Positions 48,463 through 56,922 of a stretch of 64,000 bases of DNA are shown one piece after another; the stretch's first letter is position 1; each line of letters opens with the position of its first letter. The DNA lies in NCBI GenBank assembly GCA_018657385.1, contig JABHXF010000009.1, positions 2,554-66,553 on the forward strand, read 5' to 3'. This DNA is from Candidatus Woesearchaeota archaeon. GTDB taxonomy: Archaea > Nanobdellota > Nanobdellia > Woesearchaeales > DSVV01. The notes beneath the pieces were generated by a model. The model was not told where the DNA came from. It saw only the letters and a program-made list of their open reading frames with translations, and did no database searches. A program made the translations under genes and the position numbers.

Positions 48463-50733
48463 TCATTCCTTTGTTACAATTGGTTTTATTTCATTATAAT
48501 TAAGCCCTGAACATGCATCTCTATGCCCTAGAGCTCCGAAATATTGTTTAATTTTTTGAGGTTTTCCCTCGTCAAACACATAAAAAGTAATGGTATTTCC
48601 TTCTGCTAAATCATCTTCATTTAACGATGTGATATAAATTGCACCACCATTCATTATAGATTCAACTTCTATTTCTTCATCAGGATAATAAATATCTTTG
48701 TCATCTGTAAATAAAGTTCCTTCAATATGAATTTTTTCAGATTCAGCTTTAATATCCATTTCCCCACCATATTTTTCATTTCTTACAAGCAAAATATCAA
48801 CTTGGTATGTTCCTGGACCAACATTGATTTCAGAAACATTTTTTGGATTGTAAAAAGTAAAGGTATAAGGGTTTGAAGGAGATAATGTTGGATCAACTTT
48901 TCTCATTGTAATAATTGCTTCTTCATTTGCATCTAATTGTCCAGGTGGTGTGTATAAATTACATTCTGTAACACTACCTGCATCATCTAAAACAATACCT
49001 TGTTTTGGATTTAATCCTGCTAATTTTGCCTGAGTAATTTCATCTTTTTCAAGAGAAGGAATTACATAATATTTTTTAACATCAACTTTTAATTTTGTTA
49101 ATGGTGTCATTTCTAATAATGTTGTAAACAATTTGCCAGGAACAACATCACCAATTAAAATTGCTTCATCACTATATCCTATTTTTTCTGTTGTAACAAT
49201 ACTACCACCAATACATGGAGGGAATTTTGAAACTAGCTTTCCAGAAGCATCTGTTTTCCCTATAAAACATTTTGAACTAAAAGGAGTACTATTAATTAAT
49301 GTGCCATTTTCATCATATTCTTCAACAAAAGCTGGCCCACATTGGAAATTAACCATTGCATCTGCAATTGGTTCAGAAGTTACTTGATTAATTACATTAA
49401 CAACACTTTCTTCGCTTGTTCTTTGATCAATATCACACAAATAAGATTCTCTTTCTGCCCCCTCTAGTGAAAATACATCACCTAAAGAAACTCTAGGGAA
49501 ATTTGATTTTGTAACAGCCATTAAAGGAAATTGAAATACATAAGGTTGGTTGTTAATATTTGATCCTGAATCAATTAAAGTTGTTAGAACTGGAAATTTA
49601 TATGAATAAGCATATTTGTAAACAAACACACATTTTCTTCCAAATAAATAATTAAAATCAACTTGTGTAGTTGGTTTAATCATTCCCCTTTGTCCTAAAT
49701 CTAATTCTAATGGAAATCCTGGTCGATATTCAAATAAAACATTTATATCAGGTTGAGAAACTCCTTCAATTTGATGACTCATCATATCAAAAATACCTTG
49801 CATTGTATCTCTTTTTTCTTGATCTTTCTGATCATCTTTTGAGACAACTAATCTTTCAAAATCACTATCTCTAATTTTTAAATAAGGCATATTTAAATTT
49901 AGAATTTGTTTAAATGATGATATAACATCATCTTCCATCCAATAAACTAATTCACTACAATCTTCTACTTGCATACCCCCAAATAATGGTGGTAGGTAAT
50001 CAGAATTAACTCTACTAAACATTGTAATAAGATTCATTGTATTTTGTTCAATAAATGCTGTTTTTTGTTCGTAACTTGCAATATCTTTTGCATAATTGTA
50101 TATCTTTTTGAAATCAACATTAATGTTAGCTCCAAAACTGTCTAAAGTTCTGGATTCATCTACTCCTTTAATTTCTAAAGGATAATAGATTGTAATAACT
50201 ACATCCTCGTCTGTAAAAATAACTGTGGGATCCATTTCACCTTTAACACTTACAACAGTTCCTTTCTCTGCAAAAGAATTATAATCATTTAAACAAAGAA
50301 TTAATTCCTGTTTAATGTATCTTTCTAATTGATCTTGTATAGAATCATCCCCAATAGATGTTTTTTCTAGTCTTGGCATTTCAGTTCTGTCTAAACCTGC
50401 CTGTTTTTGATAAAACCAATATGGAGCTGCTTGATAATCACTTATTTTTAAAATAGGAGAATTAAATGGTGCAATATCTGCGGTTTCAACTGGATAATCA
50501 TCAAGATAAATATAACCACCTTGTTGACCTAGTCTAATTAAACCTTGTTCAGCTACTTCACCCAAACATTGTTGAGTATATGCAATTATAGGATCTGATG
50601 AACCTGTTTGAAAAACATCATCTTTTGTCACCACACCTGTGATGTAAACAACACCTACAATCGCTAGAATTAGAATAAGTCCAATAATAATAAACGTTGT
50701 AGTTTGACCTAATTTATCCTCTTTTTTAAACAT
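48463..50733 (-). CDS. family A protein (A2, 756 aa): prepilin/TadG-like N-terminus and a CarboxypepD_reg-like segment
   Basis: MFKKEDKLGQTTTFIIIGLILILAIVGVVYI; conserved C-x8-(E)-x5-G-x2-GGY block; CFIGKTDASGKLVSKFPPCIGGSIVTTEKIGY. The stop lies 4 nt before the B2 start. Confidence 0.75.
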   Translation of the reverse strand: MFKKEDKLGQTTTFIIIGLILILAIVGVVYITGVVTKDDVFQTGSSDPIIAYTQQCLGEVAEQGLIRLGQQGGYIYLDDYPVETADIAPFNSPILKISDYQAAPYWFYQKQAGLDRTEMPRLEKTSIGDDSIQDQLERYIKQELILCLNDYNSFAEKGTVVSVKGEMDPTVIFTDEDVVITIYYPLEIKGVDESRTLDSFGANINVDFKKIYNYAKDIASYEQKTAFIEQNTMNLITMFSRVNSDYLPPLFGGMQVEDCSELVYWMEDDVISSFKQILNLNMPYLKIRDSDFERLVVSKDDQKDQEKRDTMQGIFDMMSHQIEGVSQPDINVLFEYRPGFPLELDLGQRGMIKPTTQVDFNYLFGRKCVFVYKYAYSYKFPVLTTLIDSGSNINNQPYVFQFPLMAVTKSNFPRVSLGDVFSLEGAERESYLCDIDQRTSEESVVNVINQVTSEPIADAMVNFQCGPAFVEEYDENGTLINSTPFSSKCFIGKTDASGKLVSKFPPCIGGSIVTTEKIGYSDEAILIGDVVPGKLFTTLLEMTPLTKLKVDVKKYYVIPSLEKDEITQAKLAGLNPKQGIVLDDAGSVTECNLYTPPGQLDANEEAIITMRKVDPTLSPSNPYTFTFYNPKNVSEINVGPGTYQVDILLVRNEKYGGEMDIKAESEKIHIEGTLFTDDKDIYYPDEEIEVESIMNGGAIYITSLNEDDLAEGNTITFYVFDEGKPQKIKQYFGALGHRDACSGLNYNEIKPIVTKE

Positions 50734-50825
50734 CCTAACACCTTTTTTTTATTTGAAATTATAATAATAAATAATACACTACACCCATCACTATATTTAT
50801 TTATATTATATTCTTTAAGTATTAG

Positions 50826-50841
50826 TATATAAACCTTTTGG
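50826..50841 (-). promoter_or_regulatory. BRE/TATA-like promoter of locus 2 (CCAAAAGGTTTATATA on the minus strand)
   Basis: Identical 16-mer to 12092..12107. Lies 93 nt upstream of ATG 50733, which is preceded by AGGTG. Confidence 0.55.
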
Positions 50842-50972
50842 TGTGTAAATTTAATGATATAGTAGGTAAATCACCATGTTTTTTAATAAAAATGGCGAAA
50901 TACCTCATGAAAATAGCCTATCGGCAAGCTAAAAAAAGGACAATATATCATCAAAAAGTAGTGAATTTGGGC

Positions 50973-50986
50973 AAAAGCTTTATATA
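50973..50986 (+). promoter_or_regulatory. BRE/TATA-like promoter (AAAAGCTTTATATA) for 51013..53865
   Basis: The TATA-like box ends 27 nt before ATG 51013, consistent with a leaderless transcript. Confidence 0.5.
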
Positions 50987-51012
50987 TTGTTTTGATATTC
51001 TTTATATATATA

Positions 51013-53865
51013 ATGAGGGAAGACTTAGAAACACAATTAAATGCTCATTTAGATGCATTAGTTCTCAAACTAGAGAGAAATTTATCTGAGGAAGAAAACA
51101 GAAGAAGAAAAAAAGAATTAGAACTTTCTAAAGTAGCTTTGGCTCCGGATGTTTGTTTTACCTTTTTTAGGTTATATGAAAAAGAACTTGATGAAATAAT
51201 CCAAGAAAGAAGAATTATCTTTCAGGACTTTGATGAAGTAATGAGAAATTATGATCAGGAAGCAAGACAATTAGCAAACAGAATAGTAATTGGAGAAACA
51301 GAAGCACCTGTTCTAGATTTAACAGAAATTATGAAGAATCAATATTTGACTAAAGATCAAGTTGAATATTGGAAAGGGATTACTGATGGAGAAGACTTGG
51401 AAATTATTTCCATATTGGCAAAGTTGTCTAAACATCATTTGTCAAGATTAAAGAATGTTGCAGATTATGGCTGTGGGGAAGGACATAAGAGCTTAGCTGT
51501 GTACAGATTAATAAACAATAGCGCTTTTGAAGGAAACCTAAACCTAATTGACTTTAGCAGCAGAATGTTATGGGAAGCACGTTCTTATTGTATTGGGGAG
51601 GGAAATACAGAAGAAGAATGTATAGAAGAAGGAAAGATTCCAAAAAAAAATGTACATGTACATGATCCTGTCAACCTTGAAAAGATGGGGAAGATTTTGA
51701 AAGATAAATATCCAACCCTGCATTTATTCATAGGACAAACAATAGGCAATTTTGAAGATGAAATAAGAGTTGTTGATAATATTGCCGCCAATATGAAAAT
51801 GCATGATTATCTTGCTGTTGAATGGTTCAGAAAAGAACCTGAAGACTACAAAGGCAAAAAGTTTGAAAATTTTTATCGTGAACTTCTTAATAATATCCTA
51901 GGTATTCCAGAAGAAGCAATTAGTGGGTATGATGTTGAGTTAGATACATCAGAAGGTATAGAAGCAAATGTAATGTCATTTACAGTGAACGATGTTCCTG
52001 AAGACAATAGTAATGGTTATTGGGAAATCAACCAAGAAAGAACAGAAAATGAGGTATACAAACTTTACCCTGGAACAAAAATAGTTGTTTCAAAATCAAA
52101 AAGATTCAGTGATAGAGAAGTTACTAGTCTATTTGAAAAAGCAAATCTTGAAACTGTTTTAACAGATGGTAAAAAAGTTTATGTACCTTCTGATGGCAGA
52201 GAGAAAAGATATGCATTGTTTAGGAAAAAGAAAGAAAAGAAAACTAGACCTTGGTTAATTGCTGGAGGATTGACTTTATGTGCTATCCTTGCTACAATTG
52301 GTATTTTTGGTGATTCTAATAACAATACTCCTTCTAACCAAACATTAACACCACAAGTTATAGTAGCAGAAGCAGATATTCCTGAACAAAAACCATTAGA
52401 TGTAATAAATAATGATGGTAGAGATGACGATAATTTACTCACCCCGAAATATAATGTAAAAGGCGATAAAGAAAAAGAAGATCCAAACATATACAAAGGT
52501 AAAATATTAGAAGACACATCATTTACAGAGTTATCAACAAGAACAAATGAATTATTAAAAATGTATTGTGATTCAGGAAGGTTTGTTAAAGAAGAAATTT
52601 TAGAATGTACGTCAAAAAGATGTGGCCATTGGTCAAATATAAGTATGGAATGGAAACAAAAAGAAGATTGTTCTGAAATTGATGAAAAAGATAAATTTAA
52701 AGTTTATTATTCTGATTTAATTGACGTCTCTGGTAAAATAAATGATGCTGATCCTAGCATTGAAGTCACATATAAAGGAGGGGAATCTCGTCTATCAGAA
52801 TGTGGAAGAAAAAGCATAATTGATTTTTATATAAAAATCGTTGCTGCACCTCCAAAATATGTTATGGGGATGAAAGATTATAGTGGAACTATCCATCCTA
52901 ATTTCTTTTTTCAAATACTAGAATCAAGAAAAAAGGAAAAAATAAACATACCATATGACTGGAGAGATATTAATGAATATACATTAAGACTTGATGATAA
53001 ATCAGATGATCAATTAGTTTTAAAACTTGTTTTAGAAAATGGGGATGAAGATGAAATTTATCTTAAAAAAGATAGTAGTAGAATTGCAGGCTTAATATTA
53101 GATTGTCATTCTGAAACAGAATTTGGAAAAATTGAAGCTTATTACAAAGATGATATTATTAGTTGGAAAAAAATAAAGAAAAAGATCAGATTAGAAGGGA
53201 AAAAAGATTTAACTAGAGAAGAAAAAATAGAAACAATTAAAAGATTAACCGATGTAATTAGAACATACATCCAAAATTATGGATCAAGTGCTGAAAAAGT
53301 TATAGAAAATCCAACTGTTTCTCCAAAAGATGACCAAATAGTTGATGCAGAAGCATCTAAGACACAAGAGAATTATAGAAATGAAGGTGGATTAAGTTTA
53401 GTAGAGAAAGATAAAAAATCATCTAGAACAATGGAAGAGATTGTTCAATGTATTTGTAAAGAATCTCCAGTGATGAGATATGAAGTTGCTGATTGTAGAT
53501 ATAGTAAAAGAGAATATATTGATAATCAAAGTTTAAGACAATATGAGATTAGGGCAGATAGAGGAATGTTAATTGAATTTTCTTCTGATCCAATGGGAAT
53601 AGATCAAAAAAAACCATGTACATATGATTGTATAGGATTTTATTTAGATACACAATATGTTAAAAATGCTACAATAACACCAATATCGAATTCATCATTA
53701 GTTGAAATGACAATAACTCATAATTTTTCAAGTAAATGGAAACCATTTAATGGAGTTAAAAGATTTGAAAGTAAAACATACATAATACTTGGAAATGATG
53801 CAGAAGTTATTAAAGAGTTTCTGAAACCATGGGTTAAAATAGAATATCTAAAAGAAAGAAAATGA
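51013..53865 (+). CDS. EgtD-like (Methyltransf_33-type) SAM methyltransferase domain fused to a TM helix and a roughly 520-aa C-terminal region
   Basis: VADYGCGEGHKSLAV (motif I), NLIDFSSRML and HLFIGQTIGNF (the G-S/Q-T-I-G-N-F signature of EgtD-like enzymes). TM PWLIAGGLTLCAILATIGIF. Start moved to ATG 51013 (the track starts at TTG 50992). Confidence 0.65.
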   Translation: MREDLETQLNAHLDALVLKLERNLSEEENRRRKKELELSKVALAPDVCFTFFRLYEKELDEIIQERRIIFQDFDEVMRNYDQEARQLANRIVIGETEAPVLDLTEIMKNQYLTKDQVEYWKGITDGEDLEIISILAKLSKHHLSRLKNVADYGCGEGHKSLAVYRLINNSAFEGNLNLIDFSSRMLWEARSYCIGEGNTEEECIEEGKIPKKNVHVHDPVNLEKMGKILKDKYPTLHLFIGQTIGNFEDEIRVVDNIAANMKMHDYLAVEWFRKEPEDYKGKKFENFYRELLNNILGIPEEAISGYDVELDTSEGIEANVMSFTVNDVPEDNSNGYWEINQERTENEVYKLYPGTKIVVSKSKRFSDREVTSLFEKANLETVLTDGKKVYVPSDGREKRYALFRKKKEKKTRPWLIAGGLTLCAILATIGIFGDSNNNTPSNQTLTPQVIVAEADIPEQKPLDVINNDGRDDDNLLTPKYNVKGDKEKEDPNIYKGKILEDTSFTELSTRTNELLKMYCDSGRFVKEEILECTSKRCGHWSNISMEWKQKEDCSEIDEKDKFKVYYSDLIDVSGKINDADPSIEVTYKGGESRLSECGRKSIIDFYIKIVAAPPKYVMGMKDYSGTIHPNFFFQILESRKKEKINIPYDWRDINEYTLRLDDKSDDQLVLKLVLENGDEDEIYLKKDSSRIAGLILDCHSETEFGKIEAYYKDDIISWKKIKKKIRLEGKKDLTREEKIETIKRLTDVIRTYIQNYGSSAEKVIENPTVSPKDDQIVDAEASKTQENYRNEGGLSLVEKDKKSSRTMEEIVQCICKESPVMRYEVADCRYSKREYIDNQSLRQYEIRADRGMLIEFSSDPMGIDQKKPCTYDCIGFYLDTQYVKNATITPISNSSLVEMTITHNFSSKWKPFNGVKRFESKTYIILGNDAEVIKEFLKPWVKIEYLKERK

Positions 53866-53945
53866 TTTGCACATATTTCAATTGATTAAAAACAATAATA
53901 TAACTTTAAAATAATAATGAATCAACAACAACTAAAAAGAAATTT

Positions 53946-54905
53946 CTAAAAATCACCAGGTACATATCTTATTATTTCTTCACGATAAAAAGGGAAGCTT
54001 TCAAAAGATTTTATTTCTGGAAACTTTTTTCTCATTTCTTTCATGAACTCATATAGGTGAGCCATTGATTTAACCTGTACTTCAAACTCTAGATCACAGC
54101 TATCAAGCACCTCTACAACATAAACTGCATTAGGATGCATTCTAAGAAACTGAAGCAAAGTCAATTTTCTGGCAAAAGAAAAGTTTTCCATAAAAAGCAT
54201 GATTTTATGATGAGAGTACCCTAACTTTTCTAAATTCAGGCTGCACCTATACCCTAAAATAAGTTTTTCTCTTTCCATACGCTTAATCCTATTGCTTACA
54301 GCCATAGATGTAAACCCAACTTTTTTAGCTATTTCTGTTGAAGGTACTCTCACATCTTTAGTCAAGGAATGTAGAATTTTTTTATCTGTTTCATCTATTT
54401 TAACTAGTCCAACGCCACCCCAAACTAATTCTTCATCATCTTTTTTGTTATACAAATAATTTCTCTTAAAATGATAAATCTTTGTTGCTATAGATGGTTT
54501 TTTAGTTCTAATCACTGAATAAAAATTTTTTTCAAGACTATCCATAACCATCTTTATCTCTTCAATACTTTTAAAAAATCCTGATAAACATATATTCATA
54601 TTGTCTCTAACAACAAACCAACCTAATTGTGAAGTTTTTTTTGTAAAATCAAGAAATTTTTCTTCTATCTCTGGACCAACTCTCTCTAATTCAATATTAC
54701 ACCTACAATAAATATAACCAAGCTTACTTAAATCTATAATTGGATAATACCCAGTTATAACACCTTTTTTCTCTAATTGTTTTATTCTATAATTAGTTAC
54801 TTCCTTAGATAATCCAACCTTCTTTGCAATCTGTGAAATTGGTTGTCTTGCCTTAAAGTCTAATTCGCTTAATATCTTCATATCCTTAATTGTTAGTTTA
54901 ACCAT
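53946..54905 (-). CDS. tandem-domain Lrp/AsnC-family transcriptional regulator
   Basis: Two HTH_AsnC-like segments (ILSELDFKARQPISQIAKKVGLSKEVTNYRIKQLEKKGVI and ILHSLTKDVRVPSTEIAKKVGFTSMAVSNRIKRMEREKLI), each followed by a RAM-like segment. Confidence 0.8.
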   Translation of the reverse strand: MVKLTIKDMKILSELDFKARQPISQIAKKVGLSKEVTNYRIKQLEKKGVITGYYPIIDLSKLGYIYCRCNIELERVGPEIEEKFLDFTKKTSQLGWFVVRDNMNICLSGFFKSIEEIKMVMDSLEKNFYSVIRTKKPSIATKIYHFKRNYLYNKKDDEELVWGGVGLVKIDETDKKILHSLTKDVRVPSTEIAKKVGFTSMAVSNRIKRMEREKLILGYRCSLNLEKLGYSHHKIMLFMENFSFARKLTLLQFLRMHPNAVYVVEVLDSCDLEFEVQVKSMAHLYEFMKEMRKKFPEIKSFESFPFYREEIIRYVPGDF

Positions 54906-55055
54906 CTTATTAAGTGTTCCCTCTTATTTTTTAGTAAATTAAACTTATTTATATGTTTTTCTTTAATTTGATGCATTTTTTTAAAAGAAGTTTTATCATT
55001 GTCCTTAGCCACCATATACCTTATGAAGAGGATTTAATCAAATAGAGGTAAAAAA

Positions 55056-55391
55056 ATGGCAAGACAAAATATACAAGCAAAAAATGTTCAAACAAACTTA
55101 GAACAACGAACCGAAGGTAATTTTCTAAGCAGATTAGGAAATACTGCAAAAAAATATGCAACAATTGCGGTTGTAGGTGCAGGATTAGCAATGGGTGCTA
55201 CATCATGCTCACCATATTTTATGGGAGTTAGAGATGGGAACTCGGTTTGTTTAGAAAAATATTGTAGTGGCGGAACAAAAACAGTTGAAGAATGTAGTGG
55301 TTCATTTCGTGATAGAGAATGTAAAAATGTTACATCATGCTTGGGATACTCAACAAGAACAGTCCCAGATCACTATTGTGATCAAAAATAA
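55056..55391 (+). CDS. Cys-rich lipoprotein-like protein, family P (P1)
   Basis: Leader MARQNIQAKNVQTNLEQR..., hydrophobic segment ending GATSC (lipobox-like), Cys-rich tail. Confidence 0.6.
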   Translation: MARQNIQAKNVQTNLEQRTEGNFLSRLGNTAKKYATIAVVGAGLAMGATSCSPYFMGVRDGNSVCLEKYCSGGTKTVEECSGSFRDRECKNVTSCLGYSTRTVPDHYCDQK

Positions 55392-55408
55392 TATGGAGGG
55401 AAAACAAA

Positions 55409-55762
55409 ATGGCAGGAAATGTACAAGCAAGTCAAGCAAAAAATGTTCAAGTAAACTTAGAACAAAAACTGGGAAATACAACAAAATTAGGTGGATTAGG
55501 TAATACAATAAAACAATACGCAGCAAAAGTTGTTGTTGCAGCAGCATTGGTTGCTGGAGCTGGTTATGCAGCAGGATGTGGTGGTGAGGCAAGTGAATGT
55601 TGTCAAGAATTGAATTGTGGTTATGAACAAAGTTGTAATGATCATTATGATGATACCTGCGCATGTGTAAATGATCCAAGTACCAAATATCAAACACAAG
55701 AATTTGGATTAACTAGTGATGATGTATTTGAAAATGATGCAACAACCTATGACGGGTTATAA
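55409..55762 (+). CDS. Cys-rich lipoprotein-like protein, family P (P2)
   Basis: GGAGGG Shine-Dalgarno. Leader MAGNVQASQAKNVQVNLEQKLGNTTKLGG. Hydrophobic segment ending YAAGC. Cys-rich acidic tail. Confidence 0.6.
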   Translation: MAGNVQASQAKNVQVNLEQKLGNTTKLGGLGNTIKQYAAKVVVAAALVAGAGYAAGCGGEASECCQELNCGYEQSCNDHYDDTCACVNDPSTKYQTQEFGLTSDDVFENDATTYDGL

Positions 55763-55776
55763 ATCTTTGGTGAAAA

Positions 55777-56139
55777 ATGAATTCAATAGATGATATTACA
55801 ATTCCACAACGAAGTTTAAAAGAAAAAGTAAAAGAAACTTTACAGAATATTGTAGGAGCTACAATAATAATTGCTCTTGGTGGCTTATGTTATCAAACAT
55901 GTTTTGGTTCAAGAACAATTGAAAACACAACAATCACTGGCAAGGATATATTCGAAGTTACAGATTATGACACAAATTATTCAGAAACTCAAAACACAAT
56001 AGATATTGACAAACATAAAAGATGCATACGTGGACCTTATCCTTTTGGATCTAGTTTTGATGTAGGAGACAAGTTAAAAGAAATTAAATATCGACCAGGA
56101 TTGGGGCCATGTGATTATTATGTAAGCCATAAAAGGTGA
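55777..56139 (+). CDS. small membrane-anchored protein, family Q (Q1)
   Basis: GGTGAAAAATGAATTCAATAGATGA start context is almost identical to Q2. One TM, then C-x3-CF-x3-TI. Confidence 0.55.
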   Translation: MNSIDDITIPQRSLKEKVKETLQNIVGATIIIALGGLCYQTCFGSRTIENTTITGKDIFEVTDYDTNYSETQNTIDIDKHKRCIRGPYPFGSSFDVGDKLKEIKYRPGLGPCDYYVSHKR

Positions 56140-56143
56140 AAAA

Positions 56144-56509
56144 ATGAATTCAATAGATGACCTTGCACATATGGATAATAAGAGTAAGCTTGGGAAAGTA
56201 GGATATGTCTTAGGAAGAATGATTTTAGGAGGAATGATCTTTCTTTCAGCAGGCATGGCGTACAAAGCATGTTTTGCTCCAAAAACAATTAACGACGTAA
56301 CAATTGTTGAAAATGGCAGAGAAGTCATGTATGAAGCAATGTTTAATGATGCAACATATTTCAACACAATAACAACTGATGACGACAAATGTTTTATTGT
56401 CTCTGATGAGAAAAGAGGCCAATTAGAAGAAGGTGATCATCTAAAATCATTGAAATATAAACTAAGCATAAGACATATGTGTAATTATCTAGAGAGTTAT
56501 GAAAAATAA
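56144..56509 (+). CDS. small membrane-anchored protein, family Q (Q2)
   Basis: Paralog of Q1 (MNSIDD..., TM, ACFAPKTINDVTI). Confidence 0.55.
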   Translation: MNSIDDLAHMDNKSKLGKVGYVLGRMILGGMIFLSAGMAYKACFAPKTINDVTIVENGREVMYEAMFNDATYFNTITTDDDKCFIVSDEKRGQLEEGDHLKSLKYKLSIRHMCNYLESYEK

Positions 56510-56527
56510 ACAATTGGAGGGAATAAA

Positions 56528-56887
56528 ATGGCAGGAAATGTACAAGTACAAGCAAAAAATGTTCAAGTAAATTTAGAGCAAAGAGTTGGAAATACAACAA
56601 AATTAGGTGGAGTTGGAAAGTTAGCAGAACTGGGAAATTCAATCAAAAGATATGCAACAAGAGTTGTTTTAGCAACAGCATTAGTTGCAAGTGCTGGTTA
56701 TGTAGCAGGATGTTTAGACAATGATGATAGTGAATGTTGTGATGAATTAAAATGTGAAAGTCAAGGTTATGGTAATGAAGAATGTTATTGTACTTTTTCA
56801 TCTCCTCACAAAGCAGATAATTGTGTCACAAATAGTGATGGAGAACAAGAATGTTGCAGCTGTGAATGTTACAATATTAACTATTAA
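56528..56887 (+). CDS. Cys-rich lipoprotein-like protein, family P (P3)
   Basis: The first roughly 85 nt are nearly identical to P2. Lipobox-like YVAGC. The tail has 11 Cys. Confidence 0.6.
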   Translation: MAGNVQVQAKNVQVNLEQRVGNTTKLGGVGKLAELGNSIKRYATRVVLATALVASAGYVAGCLDNDDSECCDELKCESQGYGNEECYCTFSSPHKADNCVTNSDGEQECCSCECYNINY

Positions 56888-56922
56888 ACAAACAATGAAA
56901 AATAAATTGTAGGAAATAAAAA

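Noticed and set aside
50838-51089. 83-aa + strand ORF in the divergent promoter region
   Set aside because: It covers both TATA-like boxes and the first codons of the 51013 gene in another frame. It has no independent support.
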